Source: Eledone cirrhosa
Taxonomy: Eukaryota
Length of the DNA: 64,000 nt
Reading direction: 5' to 3'
Assembly: GCA_964016885.1 (NCBI GenBank)
Contig: OZ024741.1
Span: 80,724,001 to 80,788,000, forward strand
The translations under genes and the position numbers were made by a program. Below the pieces are notes generated by a model, which was not told the origin of the DNA, did no database searches, and saw nothing but the letters and a program-made list of their open reading frames with translations. Every line of letters starts with the position of its first letter. Within the stretch, counting starts at the first letter, position 1. Shown here in pieces: positions 25,201 to 37,500 of the stretch.

Positions 25201-28200
25201 TAAAGAAAAATTTGAAAGCTTTGCTCTTGGTCCATCCTACTCTATGGTTAAAAACTATTGTTATGATGACACGACCATTTATAAGGTTGGTATTTAGCAC
25301 TTTAAAAAGTACCATATATATGTATTCTTGTATAAGTTGCTTTGGTAAGTAAATTACTCCTTAATTTTGTATACAACAATGTCAAATGGCCGTTTTTGGT
25401 ATTTACTATCATCATCATTTTGATGCCTGTTTTTCCCTGTTTTGTATATCTAGTAGAGAAGTTTCATGCTGGTTTTCACATCATATTTTCATGGAAAGGT
25501 TGTGATATATACATGACTATAAACGGTATATTATACTGCCTAGATATGCACATTTCTTCAATCCATAATTGAATGATTTATGCAACCTGGAATACTTTCA
25601 TATATAGTAATATAACTAACTTTCTCATGATGAAATTAACTTAACATTGCATCTTACATAAAATTATGACAGACACTTTAAAACAAACAGCTTTGTATTG
25701 TAGAACCAAGTGTGGCTTCATGTAGTATGGTATCAAACTAGAGTCATTTATTCACACGTTACCTAATACATCAACTAATGATTTTCTAGAAGCCTGTCAA
25801 GTAGTGTCCCAAGTATTGATTAAATGACCTAATCTTGTTTATTTTGGTAACATTCCAGAGATGGGATTAATAATGGCATATTTGGTAGTCAAGAATTTAC
25901 TAAATTTACTACATGAAACTGCATTAGCAAGACATTCTTGAAAAGTACAAAACATTAAAAATTTACTACATCACATTAAAAATTTGTCCATTAAGTAAAG
26001 ATAATATAAGCACTTGAATTAACAAACCCATTTTTAGATATTTTCTGTTAAATCATTACAGGATGTTAAGAGTTAAATACCAACCATGATTATATAATTA
26101 GCAAATAAATTGGGAAATTTAGTCTTTCATCCTTTTATCCAAACTTAATCTACAGAGAAGCTTGCTCTTATACACAGGTTCTCTCAAAGATGACAATCGG
26201 CCCAAGCCAGATATAAAATGTTGACACTCAGAGCTGGTATCAGGCCTAGGCTAAATGTAAAATGTTGAGCTGGTAATAGGCTCAAACAAAATGTAAAATA
26301 TAGGCTTCTAAAGCTGGCAATAGGCCCAGACCAAATATGAAATGTAGACCCTATTTCAAATTATTTATTAAGAATTTTAATAATCAGTGTTCAACACATG
26401 ATTTATGTATGGATTACAAGTATATGATGTACTTAGAAATAACAGGACAGAATAAAAGAACTAGGATTTAATACAAGTAAGTTTCTTCAAAATCATAGGC
26501 CCAAGTTAACTGGCCCACTTGCCCCCGTCCCCTAACTTATTTGAGTGAAAATTTCAGTTGGGTATTAGAGAAGTAAGATACAATGTTTTCACCAAAGTCA
26601 ACAAAAAATTAATTTACCCAGGAATCTATGATATTTATTAACATACTTCTATTATAGAACAACGCTAATCATTTTTATATATTTATCCTTTTATTCTGAT
26701 ACTGGTTTCAGTCATTGGACTGAGGCCATGATGGGGCACTGACTTGAGTTTTAGTCAATCATATTGACTCCAATACTTATTTTTTCAACAATCTCTTTTT
26801 GTTGAAGTAACTCTTTATAACTACACAGCCATGGCTATTTATTTATGTATTTATTTATTTTTTGTATTAAATTTCTGTCTTTTATTTCCAGTTCAAAATT
26901 CTACTCAAAACTACATTATGTAAAAACTCTGGAAGAATTATCTAAAGTGGTTCCAATGGAACATATTTATGTGCCTGATCAAGTGAAATTGTAAGCATTG
27001 TCTTTGGTTTAGATTTCAGTTTTCTACTATTAAAGCTATGCTCCTTTAAAAATTATTAATATGATTACTTAAGACCAATTATTACATATTTTCTATCATG
27101 GTATTGCTCCAGTGTTGGCGCCATATTAAATCTCTTTAGCTCACAACACTCTGTCAAATAGGTGATGCTCAAAGGGAGATGACTTACAGTAGAGAGGATT
27201 CTTTAGTCTTGTCAACTATATGTCACTCTCTCTAATGCTGGTGCCATGATAAAATGTACCCAGTATACTCTGTAAAACAGATGATGATTAATGGGAGATC
27301 ATGTAGGTAGAACTCTTTAGTTTTGCTGAGGACATGACAACCTCTCTAGTGGTTGGTGTTAGGTAGGGTATCCAGCTGTTGAAACCATGCCAAAATTGGA
27401 ATGTCTGAACATGATGTATTCCCCTGAACCATCTAGGAGGGTAGCAATTCCAAATAAAAACTGAAATGTTCAACCAGATATTAGATTAAGTCTACCACCC
27501 AAATAGACCATGACAGGATTTTAACTCAATACACAAAGAGCTGGAATAATTACTGAAAGACATTTTGTCTCACACTCTAATAATTCAACCAATACACTAC
27601 TTTAGACTAGTTCTTTCTTTAAAAACAAACCCCCAAAAAACAGTTCGAATTACTGGGTTTTATTTAAAACACACACAAGGGTATCGGGTAATTATCCTAA
27701 ATTTTTTGTTTGTGATTGTAAATTTCTCCATAATTAGAACATATATTAAAAGCATGTAGCATAATGGCTGAAAAAACTGTGTTGTGCATGAAATATAAAT
27801 ACTTTGAAGTTTACTAAAGTTTACATGCTGACATTTACTAATAATTGGAATGTAAAGCTTACTGGAATTACGTTTTTAATTCATTTCACATAATACTGTA
27901 ACTTTTATACCAGTCTTCATGTTTCTTTTATCATGTATCATATTTATAGCAGTTTATAAGAAAACTCTTAGGAACATTAAGAATTAGTAAATTTGTAAAA
28001 TATTTATAGATGTTTAAAGGTTAATATGTCTAAATAGAAAACAATATTATTCATAATAATTGAAACCATGCAGTTGTAAAGTGAACCTTTTCATCACACA
28101 GCTATGCCTGCACCTATATACGGAATTTTCCTCCACAAAAGAAATAGAAATCATTCTTAAATGAGTTCTGGTTTGGCATTGTATTTCAGGTTCATAGGAC

Positions 28201-29550
28201 AAGGAAATAGAGAAGCTGAGATAATGGCATATCACACAACATGCCTAACTAACACTCTATATCCTGATAGTGATTCGATATTGTTTCAATGTCCAAGACA
28301 CTTAGCCCACACCAGCTCAATACACATAGCTCTACTAATCACTCATAACTCAAACAATCCAATGAGGGAGCCTTTATGACAGGAGTTGACAACAATCAGC
28401 TATAGAATGGTTCTCTGAGGGCCTCAATAAATGTTTTCAAATTTTTATATGTAAGATAGGATATAATATACGTGTGGGATGTGGGCAAAACAAAAAAGTC
28501 GAAAGTAGCTCATTACAAAAAGGAGTTGCTGATTGCTGTTTTGTGAGGTCATTTGATCTGCTAAAATTTGCAGTCAAATCTTTCAAACCGCATCTTACCA
28601 TTTTACAAAATGGAGGGCACATTGGATAATATAGTCCTAGATAGGTCTTCTTGATCAGGATCATTAACAACTTCAACTGCTGAATGAAATCTATAAAAAA
28701 AAAAGAAGAAATTTTAATAAAACTTTTCAATTAATTTTATCTGGTAAATGTAAATTTAAATTATATCTACATTTTTTTTTTTCATCAATTTCATCTCCCA
28801 TTCATTTGAAGGTATGATGAACACTACTCCAGCTACCACTCCAATTCCACACCTTCCACCCCTTCCTCACCCACCACATTCTTAGCACCAAGATGATTAA
28901 CAGGTAACATATATATATGTGTCCACCTTGTATGCCCAGTCTATTATTTGTTTGGTTTGCTTGAACTAGCTTCTATAATAGCCCTGTTTAATTGATAGCA
29001 GCTTGCTTAATTAGTATACTGTTTTAACTAACAATTAATTAATAACTAACTGTCTTTGTTGTATAATAAGTATACTTTTTATTTACTTTGTTTTCTATAT
29101 TTCACCTTTGTTGTATCTATACGCCTTTTTAAACCTATTCAACCCCTTTTCTTGTCTGTGTTATTTAGATTAAATTGCAAAATGAATTTACTATGATGTA
29201 GAAGAGTGTTGTAGCTTGCTTGAAGTAATGTGGAATATGTTAAAAACAGCTATAGAAGGCTATAGAAGGCTATAGAAATACAAATAGAATAATTAATATC
29301 AAAAATATAATCTTTGTTATTGTCATTTTCTATATTTAATGTTTGATTTATATTGCTGTAGCCTTCTATAACAAATTGTTTTAGTATAAAATATTATTTT
29401 TTATGGAATTTATGTTGTAAAATGTGATGTCTCATACTTTAGCTATGAAGGTTAGATTTTCTTCTTGGCTTTGTGTGTGTGTGTGTGCATGTCTGTGGAG
29501 ATTAGACTTGATAATCAGAACACCTCAATAAGACTTAGTCAGAGAAAGTG

Positions 29551-29614
<64 letters not shown>

Positions 29615-29665
29615 TATATACCCATGCTAGCGTGGAAGATAGACGTTAAACTATGATGATGAAGA

Positions 29666-29705
<40 letters not shown>

Positions 29706-29955
29706 GATATTAAACAAATGGAAACTATATTTATAAAACCATATTTATTTCATTATACATATTTCAGGGATACCATATTAAAAATATGGCATGCCTTCGT
29801 CAGATAAAATACCATATATAAACAGTTTTATAAATAATTTTGACGTACCATATTATAAGCGACCATTAAATTAGGACTCCAAAAACTTGTCGAGTGCTTT
29901 ATATCAGTTATAAAATATTTACTTGTTGTAACCCAACAATTTTAAATAAAACCTT

Positions 29956-29990
<35 letters not shown>

Positions 29991-30971
29991 AAATTATGCA
30001 GAATTCGGAAAACATTCCTTAAATTGAAAGATTTCATGTAATGTTTCATGTTGAAAATCCTGTTAAATGAAGAGTTGGGAGGACTCTTCAGCTGTATCAA
30101 AGACATGTCAACCTCCGTAGTGCTGGTGCCATGATGAAATGCACTAGTGTAGGAAGGTATGTATTGAGATGTGGTCCTTAGGCCTATCTGAGTGGTCAGT
30201 AGCTCTGATTAAGTATTAACATAGTCTGTGATGACCCGCCCAATCCTTGCTAGCAGGAAAAAAACAGCAACAAAGGGTGATGATGTAGCCTTGCTTAAGG
30301 AGACGGATTGAGAACTTAAGTTATTGTATGATTCCTAGAAAACTCAGAAGTATTGCTTGAAGGTTTTATCTCTGGTTTTCATCAAAAAGCTAAGCTGGCT
30401 TTCTGGTTGGAGATAAGGAGCAGATAACTGCTATATGCCATTGATGATTTTCAGATATAAGGAAAGAGTCTTGTGACATAGCCAACAGATTTTGGTTAGC
30501 TGGCTTTGTAGGGGTAATGACTCACACACACATTCTCTTTCTCTCTCTCTCTAGTAATCACAAAAGCCAACATCCAGAGAGGTCTTGATGCGGTTTCTAT
30601 ATATATATAAGTATATATAAAGCTGTAGAGCAAATATTTATTATTAGCACAGATTAAAAGTAAACAGTTTCTGCCTTCCTCCTAAAGCAGAATCTTCACA
30701 AGATCCCACTTTAGGGTGAAAGCAGAAATTGTTTGCTTAAACTTTTTATCTGTACTAATAATATATAAAGTGGTCATGTAGGTGTTACAACAAAAAGCAC
30801 CCAACTGTAGTTGGCATTAGGAAAGGCATCCAGCTGTGGAAACCAAGCCAAAATCAGTTCTGTATGAACAAGACATGGTTACCTGACCTGGTCTATTTCA
30901 CAATAGGACAATTCGTCTAACCCATGCTAGTGTGGAAAAATGGATGTTAAACAGTGATGATGATGATGATG

Positions 30972-31017
<46 letters not shown>

Positions 31018-34000
31018 TACATGCATACACATCTCCCTGATGTTTATAAATAGTATATAAGCCATACATGCAGCAGTAACATCATCATCATCATCATACG
31101 TCCGCTTTTCCCTGCTTGTGTGCCTGTGTCTATAAACCGTACATGTAAGAGTAAGGATACATAGATAAATATGTGTACCTGGTCTCTATAAATAGTGATC
31201 ACAGCATACACTCTCTAACAATAAACATTCTTGTTTTGTGTCATGTATAGTACATGAGATAGGAATGTACATGTAGTGATTTGGGGATGGGCTTTTTATC
31301 ACTAATGTTTATTATGCTATCTTTTCAAAAAATTTTCTATGGATTTATGATCCCACCTTTACTAAAATGGTTGCATTGTTAACCAATTATATCTTCACAT
31401 GTCTTCAGCAATCAAACTAGTTGTATAGACATGGCAGACTAGTCATTCACTGCTTGTTCAATCAGGTAGTTTGGTGAAGAGACTTGATGACATTATTGGC
31501 TGAAATGTAGCTATAATATGTTTTATAAAATTTAAAACAAAAAATATCTAAAAAAAATTATTAGAATATATCTTGTCTTTTTAAAAAAAAAAAGTTAATG
31601 AATCCTGTGAGGCTATTTTCTTGGAATATCTGTTTATTTTTGTTTTTTGATGTCAAAATATGTTTATTTTCTTGACTTCAGTTTTTGCACATAAATACTA
31701 AATTGACTTTATTTATCCCAACTGTTTAATTAAATTTCAATAAATCTGATATTCTTTAAGATTATAAAATCATTTGTCAAACCATTTCTCAATTTGTTTT
31801 CTCATATAGTGAAGTTTATTAAAGCTTGATTACAGTTAGACCTCGGTTGTCTGAATGAAATGGATGGGGAGCCTTCTGATTTGATGATAAAGAAAAAAAC
31901 CCATCTGAATGTGATTACGTAAAAAAGCTAATCATACAGTGTTATGAATTTTACAATGGTGGATTGGCAGTATCGGTAGAGAGTCGGACACCATGTTTTG
32001 AAGCATAGAGTTACGTCCCTTTAGGATCTGAGTTCAAATTCCGCCAAGGTTAACTTTGCCTTTCATCCGTACGGGGTCGATAAAATAAAGTACCAGTAAT
32101 GTACTGGGTATTTGATGGCCTTGTGCCAAAAGTAGAAACAGTTATGAATTTTACAATGTACTCTTGTGCAATTTTTGATGCCTTTTCTCCATGATCTAAG
32201 TGTTGTTAAGTCTCATTTTTATGTTGAATTGTCAGTAGTGTTTGCTTTCTCTTAACTCTTTTAATATATTTCTTATGAAATACACTCTATCTCAATAAGT
32301 AAATAAAGGAATTGAGGGATTTACTAAAATTATTAATTATTTCATTACTAAGATAGTATTTGTAATATAACTTATATACAATTATTTTAATTTAACTAGA
32401 AACATTTTAAAATAAGTAGTTTTGTTTCATAGAGTCGATTGTGGGTGTGTTGGCATCAAAAGGGTTAACAGAAATGGTAAAAGTAACAAATTCTATTACT
32501 ATTAACAGATATGTACCCAATACAAAATCATAGAATTAAGACACCTGATTTTGCCATGCTTTTAAATGCTTTGGCATGTCAGTCATTTTTATGTTAAAAT
32601 TATTTTATGATACATAACTGCCTGTTGTAAAGTGTTTATTTTAAAACCTTCCATCACAATTTTATGTAACAAGGTTTTATTAAGTAATATTCAAAACATC
32701 AACAAAACATCAAAAAAAAGTTGTTAAGCTATTCTTCAATATTTTCAAAATTAATTGAAACATGGGCTGAGGGAAAACTGGATATAAGAAGAATCAAATA
32801 TAGTGTGCAAGGTAGAAGTTTGCACTGGTATGGACATGTGATGCACATGGATTATGAATGTTAGGTGATGTTCCAGAGTTTCCAGTAGAAGAAAGTTGCA
32901 GTAGAGGATGACCAAAAAAGACCTGGAAATAAATGGTGAGAGTGGATCTCACAGAGATGAATGAAGAATGCAGTCAGTGGTGGATAGCTGTGCTGGAAAA
33001 AACCCCATACAAGTATGAAAATAGAGATGCAAAAGAATGATGATGATAATAACTTGCATATTTCATTAGAAATATGTTAACAATGGGGTTAAAATGACCA
33101 GCTCAGACAAAACTAGAAAATCAGTCAACATATGGTGCTTTTGTTAACTGTAAACAAGACAGGATCATTACACCAGTGTCATTTACAACTCTTTGATGTA
33201 ACATATTTTTATGTTCTTCTGTAATTCAAATTTATTTTGAACAAAATACAAGGAGGTGAATTGACAAAGTCTTTAATGCATTGGTATTTAATCTGGCTCA
33301 CTGTAAAAATCTCATTGACTTCAACTTTGCCTTCCATCTGTTTTGCAGTCAATACATAAAGTACCAGCCTAGTATTAGGGTTGATTCTTTTCTGTCTCTC
33401 TCTGGAAGACAAAAGTTGTGTTATTATCTGGAGAGGGATGGGTTCCATCAGGTTTAAAATGTCCAAGGCATGCTATATATTAGCATGGCACCCTTACAAT
33501 TCCATTAGGTGTTAGGGGCCAAAAAAAGAAGAAATAAAATACGAAATGGTTGAATTGATATTATCGAGTTCAGATTACACATAGTATGACTAATCAAATA
33601 ATTCATGGCATCTTGAGATCTTGTTTAGATAATTTAAAATTTGAATAATTGATGTTCAGATCGCTGAGGTTTCACTGTAGTTTGTGTGCTTTTAGTTTTC
33701 AACTTTAACCAATAAATCTTAGTGAAGTTAAAAGAAACAGAAGCTGCACCGTCAGTTTCTGCATATTTCTTATATTGTTATTATTATTGGTGGACTGGCA
33801 GTATCGGTAAAGTGCCAGTCAACATGCTTCGCTACACAGAGTTACGGCTCTTTACATTCTGAGTTCAAATCCCACTGAGGTTAGCTTTGCCTTTCATCCT
33901 TACGGGGTCAATAAAGTACCAGTAATACACTGGGGTCGATTTAATCGACCTTTCTCCTGTCCCCAAATTGTTAGCCTTGTGCTTAAATCAGAAGCCATTA

Positions 34001-34492
34001 TTATTATTATCATCATTTGCTGCATAGAGTTACAGCCCTTGCCATTCTGAGTTCAAATCGCGCCGAAGTTAACTTTGCCTTTCATCCTTATGGGGTCGAT
34101 AAAATAAAGTACCAGTAATGCACTGGGTAATTGCTGGCCTTGTGCCAAAAAGTAGAAACAATTATTATTGGCAGTCGATTGTTATGTCCCTTTACATTCT
34201 GTTTTGAAATCCTGCTGAAATTAACTTGGCCTTTCATTCTTATGTACCAATAAAATACTTATAATGGACTTTTCCCTCCTCCAAAATTGCTGACTTTGTC
34301 CCTAAATTGGAAATTATTAAATAAAGAAAGAATTATTATTTATGTTATCATCAATTTTTCTGTTTATAATTTCGACTTTGTTACAGAGTGGACAAATTGA
34401 TGAAACTCAACCCTAAAACTGTATGCCAAGAACGCTCACAGAGGAACAGTTTCTTTCCTGATATTCCAGCAAATTCCAGCTCCAATAACTAG
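17283..34492 (+). CDS. BCH (CRAL-TRIO/Sec14-like) domain protein of the BNIP2/caytaxin(ATCAY)/PRUNE2 family; multi-exon gene span
   Basis: Exons 17283-17493, 18341-18544, 19298-19456, 22831-22933, 24114-24245, 25199-25285, 26892-26990, 28812-28903 and 34387+. All have GT-AG ends and matching phases. Motifs [65 protein letters not shown]. Upstream exon(s) not identified. Confidence 0.93.
18341..18544 (+). CDS. BCH gene exon (acidic BNIP2-type region; VRPSTL...LDTPEE...EVDWE)
   Basis: TTTTCAG acceptor, A|GTATGT donor; RP..L, KKKI, LDTP and W-acidic motifs of BNIP2/caytaxin. Confidence 0.9.
19298..19456 (+). CDS. BCH gene exon (ETPLE...IPEYTAEQE...[11 protein letters not shown])
   Basis: CTTTCAG acceptor, G|GTAAGG donor; strong family motif match. 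Confidence 0.95.
20328..20551. repeat. Perfect 104-bp inverted repeat with 16-nt spacer
   Basis: 20328-20431 is the exact reverse complement of 20448-20551, including 6 CAT / 6 ATG triplets. Confidence 0.95.
20744..21316 (+). mobile_element. Non-coding 438-bp-period element with 135-bp direct repeats and an HHR motif (retrozyme-like)
   Basis: Direct repeats at 20744-20878 and 21182-21316; HHR-like motif at 21125-21186; 33-bp triple repeat containing ATGCAAAT. Confidence 0.7.
21125..21186 (+). ncRNA. Type I hammerhead ribozyme motif with damaged GAAA box
   Basis: GCTGTA-CTGATGA-stem II (GGGT gat ACCC)-GACAC atta GT-GTC|TGCAGT. Stem I is extended by GAACAG/CTGTTC. GAAA is reduced to GA(CA). 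Confidence 0.6.
21332..21569. mobile_element. piggyBac-type MITE
   Basis: TTAA TSDs (21328-21331, 21570-21573) and 14-bp TIR CCCTTTAGCATTTA. Confidence 0.85.
21657..22177 (+). mobile_element. Internally deleted mariner remnant
   Basis: Degenerate TIRs (AGGTTTGTCCCAAAAG / CTTTTGGAACAAACCT); N-terminal [11 protein letters not shown] and C-terminal YFEGDN remnants. Confidence 0.7.
22258..22592 (+). mobile_element. tRNA-headed SINE with RTE-derived 3' tail
   Basis: TGGCTTAGTGGTTAGAGC A-box, GAGTTCAATTC B-box; ends CGGACGTAAAATGAAATGATGATGAT like RTE. Confidence 0.75.
22831..22933 (+). CDS. BCH gene exon ([34 protein letters not shown])
   Basis: CTCCAG acceptor, TT|GTGAGT donor, 103 nt; too short for the ORF track. 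Confidence 0.95.
24114..24245 (+). CDS. BCH gene exon ([43 protein letters not shown])
   Basis: CAACAG acceptor, AG|GTAACT donor, 132 nt. Confidence 0.95.
25199..25285 (+). CDS. BCH gene exon ([28 protein letters not shown])
   Basis: TTCTAG acceptor, AG|GTTGGT donor, 87 nt. Confidence 0.95.
26892..26990 (+). CDS. BCH gene exon ([32 protein letters not shown])
   Basis: TTTCCAG acceptor, TT|GTAAGC donor, 99 nt. Confidence 0.95.
28812..28903 (+). CDS. BCH gene stop-containing exon ([27 protein letters not shown])
   Basis: Long pyrimidine tract + AAG acceptor, phase-2 join; TGA at 28894-28896; donor CAG|GTAACA at 28904. Confidence 0.75.
29702..29958. mobile_element. Penelope-type pseudo-LTR fragment in (TA)n, with 5' inversion
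   Basis: Same two modules as 53919-54356 and 57484-57745, here in opposite relative orientation; contains an HHR. Confidence 0.7.
29746..29811 (-). ncRNA. Type I hammerhead ribozyme motif
   Basis: TATTTTAT-CTGACGA-long stem II (AGG..GCCATATT/AATATGGT..CCT)-GAAA-TATGTA-TA|ATGAAATA; 8-bp stem I, AUA cleavage triplet. Confidence 0.75.
30639..30763. repeat. Imperfect foldback, ~60-bp arms with tiny loop
   Basis: TATTATTAGCACAGAT...CTAAAGCAGAATCTT pairs with AAGATCCCACTTTAG...ATCTGTACTAATAATA. Confidence 0.75.
31833..33677. mobile_element. pogo/Tigger-like TIR pair enclosing nested SINE, MITE and RTE pieces
   Basis: TA-CAGTTAGACCTCGGTTGTCTGAA ... TTCAGATCGCTGAGGTTTCACTG-TA, degenerate TIRs. Confidence 0.5.
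31959..32140 (+). mobile_element. tRNA-derived SINE with 18-bp TSD
   Basis: GTTATGAATTTTACAATG at 31941-31958 and 32141-32158. Confidence 0.88.
33789..34320 (+). mobile_element. Three head-to-tail SINE copies
   Basis: Three successive TTCTGAGTTCAAATC..CTTTGCCTTTCAT cores, each ending in an (ATT)n tail. Confidence 0.8.
34387..34492 (+). CDS. BCH gene terminal exon, alternative C-terminus ([34 protein letters not shown])
   Basis: TTTGTTACAG acceptor; open reading in phase 2 from exon 26892-26990; TAG at 34490-34492. Confidence 0.6.
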
Positions 34493-37400
34493 TTCTGCTG
34501 ATACAGCCAACAACAACAACAACAAACATTAATGAATAATTTCCACCTGTTAGCAGCATTGTATTATCTTTACTTGCTGTCATTGTTTAATCCCACCCAA
34601 AAAAAAAAAAAAGCTGCAACAAAAAAAAAAAATGAAAGAACCCTAAATGTACTACAGAAATGTTTCTAGTGCAACTTCACTGCTGCATCAACAGCACACA
34701 GCTGGCCTCAATGAAGTCTCCTCACAGCAACAGTAGCATCAACAGCATCCACCTTAGCTGGTTCCCACCTTTTCAGCAGCTTTGTATGTATAAAGATTAA
34801 AAAAAAAAAATCAGCTAGCTTTTTCTAGTCATCACTGATAAGAGGCTGTATGTTGAAATCCACCAAGCCACCTACCCACTACACATACCACAATAACTAA
34901 TTTTTCTGCTGTTTTCCTTAACACTGTTAAACCATACCAGAACACTTTGGTTTAAGGATTGGTAGTTCTCTTTGGACACAACTGTGCTTTATACTGCAAA
35001 AGTCTACCGATTCTTAGTCTCTGATATTTTAGTCAGTCTTTCTACCAATTAAAATGTCAGGACGAAATATCACAAAAAAAAAAAGAAGAAAAAACAAAAA
35101 AAAAAAAAACTGTCATGCAAATGATTTTATTATTATTATTATTGTTGTTATTGTTATTATTATTGATTTAACTTTAGGTGAGTTTGTCCCGTCATCACTC
35201 TGAAACTATTTTGGCAGATCTCATGTATATGACTACAAATAGTTTTTCTCACTGGATTATTCTTACAACCAATTCGGTAGCAGGAACTATAAAGATTCAC
35301 AGAAGGTATTTGTATGAAAGAAATTATTTTAAAAACTAAGGTGACTTTGTAGACTTTGCTTTCATGTTTTTACTTATTAGAAAGTATTTGATCATAATTT
35401 CTGTATGTGATGAATAAATAAATGATCAAAGTAGTTTCTAGACAAAAACTGAAGAGAAAAAACCCAAACGAATTTGTATATTCAACAGCTTTCTTCAATT
35501 AGATAATTTCAAATTGCTAAAATAGAAGGCAAGTTTATATAATTGTCAGCTAAACAGCTTTTGACAGATAACCTTTAACTGCTATCATATGAATAATAAC
35601 TGTGTTTCAATAAATAGATTATGTACACGCTTTAACAATTTGCATAATTTCTATAACTAGCATCATAATATATGAGATTTGCATTATTTATTATTATTTT
35701 TTTTTTGTAAAGAAATTTAAAAAACTAGCTAATTTCTTTGATAGGTTGTTTTTGCTACAACACAAACAGCCCCCTGTTTACAAATGTAAAATTGTTCTAT
35801 GTGAATTACATTAAATAAAAATGGGACCAAAATATCTAATTTCTATCTAGTGTTTTATAATTCATACTTGATTTATTTATTTAAGGAAATTAAATAAATT
35901 ATATTTATTTTTAATTTTTATTTAGATATCCTATAAGTTTATTCTTATTACATCTGCTTGATAAATAATATTTTCAAAAATACTATTGTCAATTTATTTC
36001 CAAAGACAGTTTTATCCTGAAACAAGCAAATGTGTACTACATTATTATAATTTACATTTTAAATGAAAGTATTATATTGTAGCAATTGTTTTTCTTCTCT
36101 TGTTATTTACTTTAGTTTGATGAAATGCTCCTTTTGAAGCATGGATTATAAATAGTTTTGTTTAAAATTTAAATATATTTAAATTGTTATAATTATTTGT
36201 TTGTTTGTTATTGAAAAAAAAACAAAAAACTTCTGGAATACAAAACCATGAAGTATTATTAAAGCAGTATTTTTTCTATAATTATTATTTCAGTTATCAT
36301 TCGTCAAACATTAATAAAAAAAAAAATAATAATCCCAATAATTTTCCAGAATATTCTGACATCCTTTGTGTTCTGACATTCCTGTATTCTAATATCCCTT
36401 TTCTTGACATGTGTTTAATATTCTAACATCACTTGTATTCTGATATCCATTGTAGTGACATCCTTTATTCTGACATCACCTATATTCTGGCATATCTTGG
36501 ATATTCCAGTATTCTGACACCCTTGTATATTCTGACTTCCCCTAAAAGAATCCAAGATGATAATGACATAAAGGGTAGGGGTGAATGATGTAATGATATG
36601 TATTAAAGGAAGGCAACATAGTTGTCAGCTATTTACGGAACCAATATAGAAAGAAATCAAACTTTATTTGTTGCTATTTCCATTCTTTTATCATTGACAT
36701 AAAAGTTTATTTAAAGAAAAACATTAAAAACCGTCTTATTATTTTGGGTTTAACATTTTATTTTGTCATGTAACAACAGATATTTTATGAATACATATCC
36801 CTCTCTTTTTTCTTTGGCCATCAACACATCTATCATGCCCATCCAAATATATATATTGTGGCCATCCAAATACTTATAACTATCTGAATATTATTATGAT
36901 TATCCGAAATATATATATATATATAGCCATACAAATATCTGTTATAGCTACCCAGATATTATAATGATTATCCAGATATATATTATAGCTATCCAAAAAT
37001 CTATTATGGCCATCCAGATATTATTTAGTTAACACTGTCTTTTACACTGCTAACATTGTTTCAACGATCACATATTAATTCATGCTATAAAATCCATGCT
37101 TTCTCTCTCTCCCATTTATCTACCCAACCACACACAATTCACCACCACAATCAACCACATTTACTATTACTACCACTACCACCACCATTCAAATTATATT
37201 TTATTCTAGCAACCACTTCTTCCATCTCATTAATATTTTAAGGAAAAGCAAGAAGGTGGTCCTTGTTTTCTTTGTTGAGTGAAACATCAATAAACACTTG
37301 ATGATTGTTTGGTATCTTTGGAAGCTGTATTTCTGGAGAAATTGATGAGCAGATGGTAGCTGTTTGGACCTTAGTTATAGAGACAGGGCCTTTCCTTTCA

Positions 37401-37500
37401 AACTGAAATGTGCTGATTTGTTTGTTGGTTATCTTAATTTATTTTTCTGACTATAATCTTGTTACAAGTGTGTAGAATTTAATAAACGTTTATCTTAATG
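34493..37500 (+). other. Probable long 3' UTR of the BCH gene
   Basis: About 3 kb of AU-rich sequence with no recognisable transposons, unlike the introns. Several AATAAA, the last at 37481. The real end is unknown. Confidence 0.5.
36345..37025. repeat. Two short-period (~19-20 bp) degenerate tandem repeats
   Basis: TATTCTGACATC units at 36345-36540 and TATTATAGCTATCCAGATA units at 36830-37025. Confidence 0.75.

Noticed and set aside
28894-28903. Stop-codon readthrough or UGA editing in the cassette exon
   Set aside because: The context TGA-T is not the leaky TGA-C type, and the extension would stop after a few codons.
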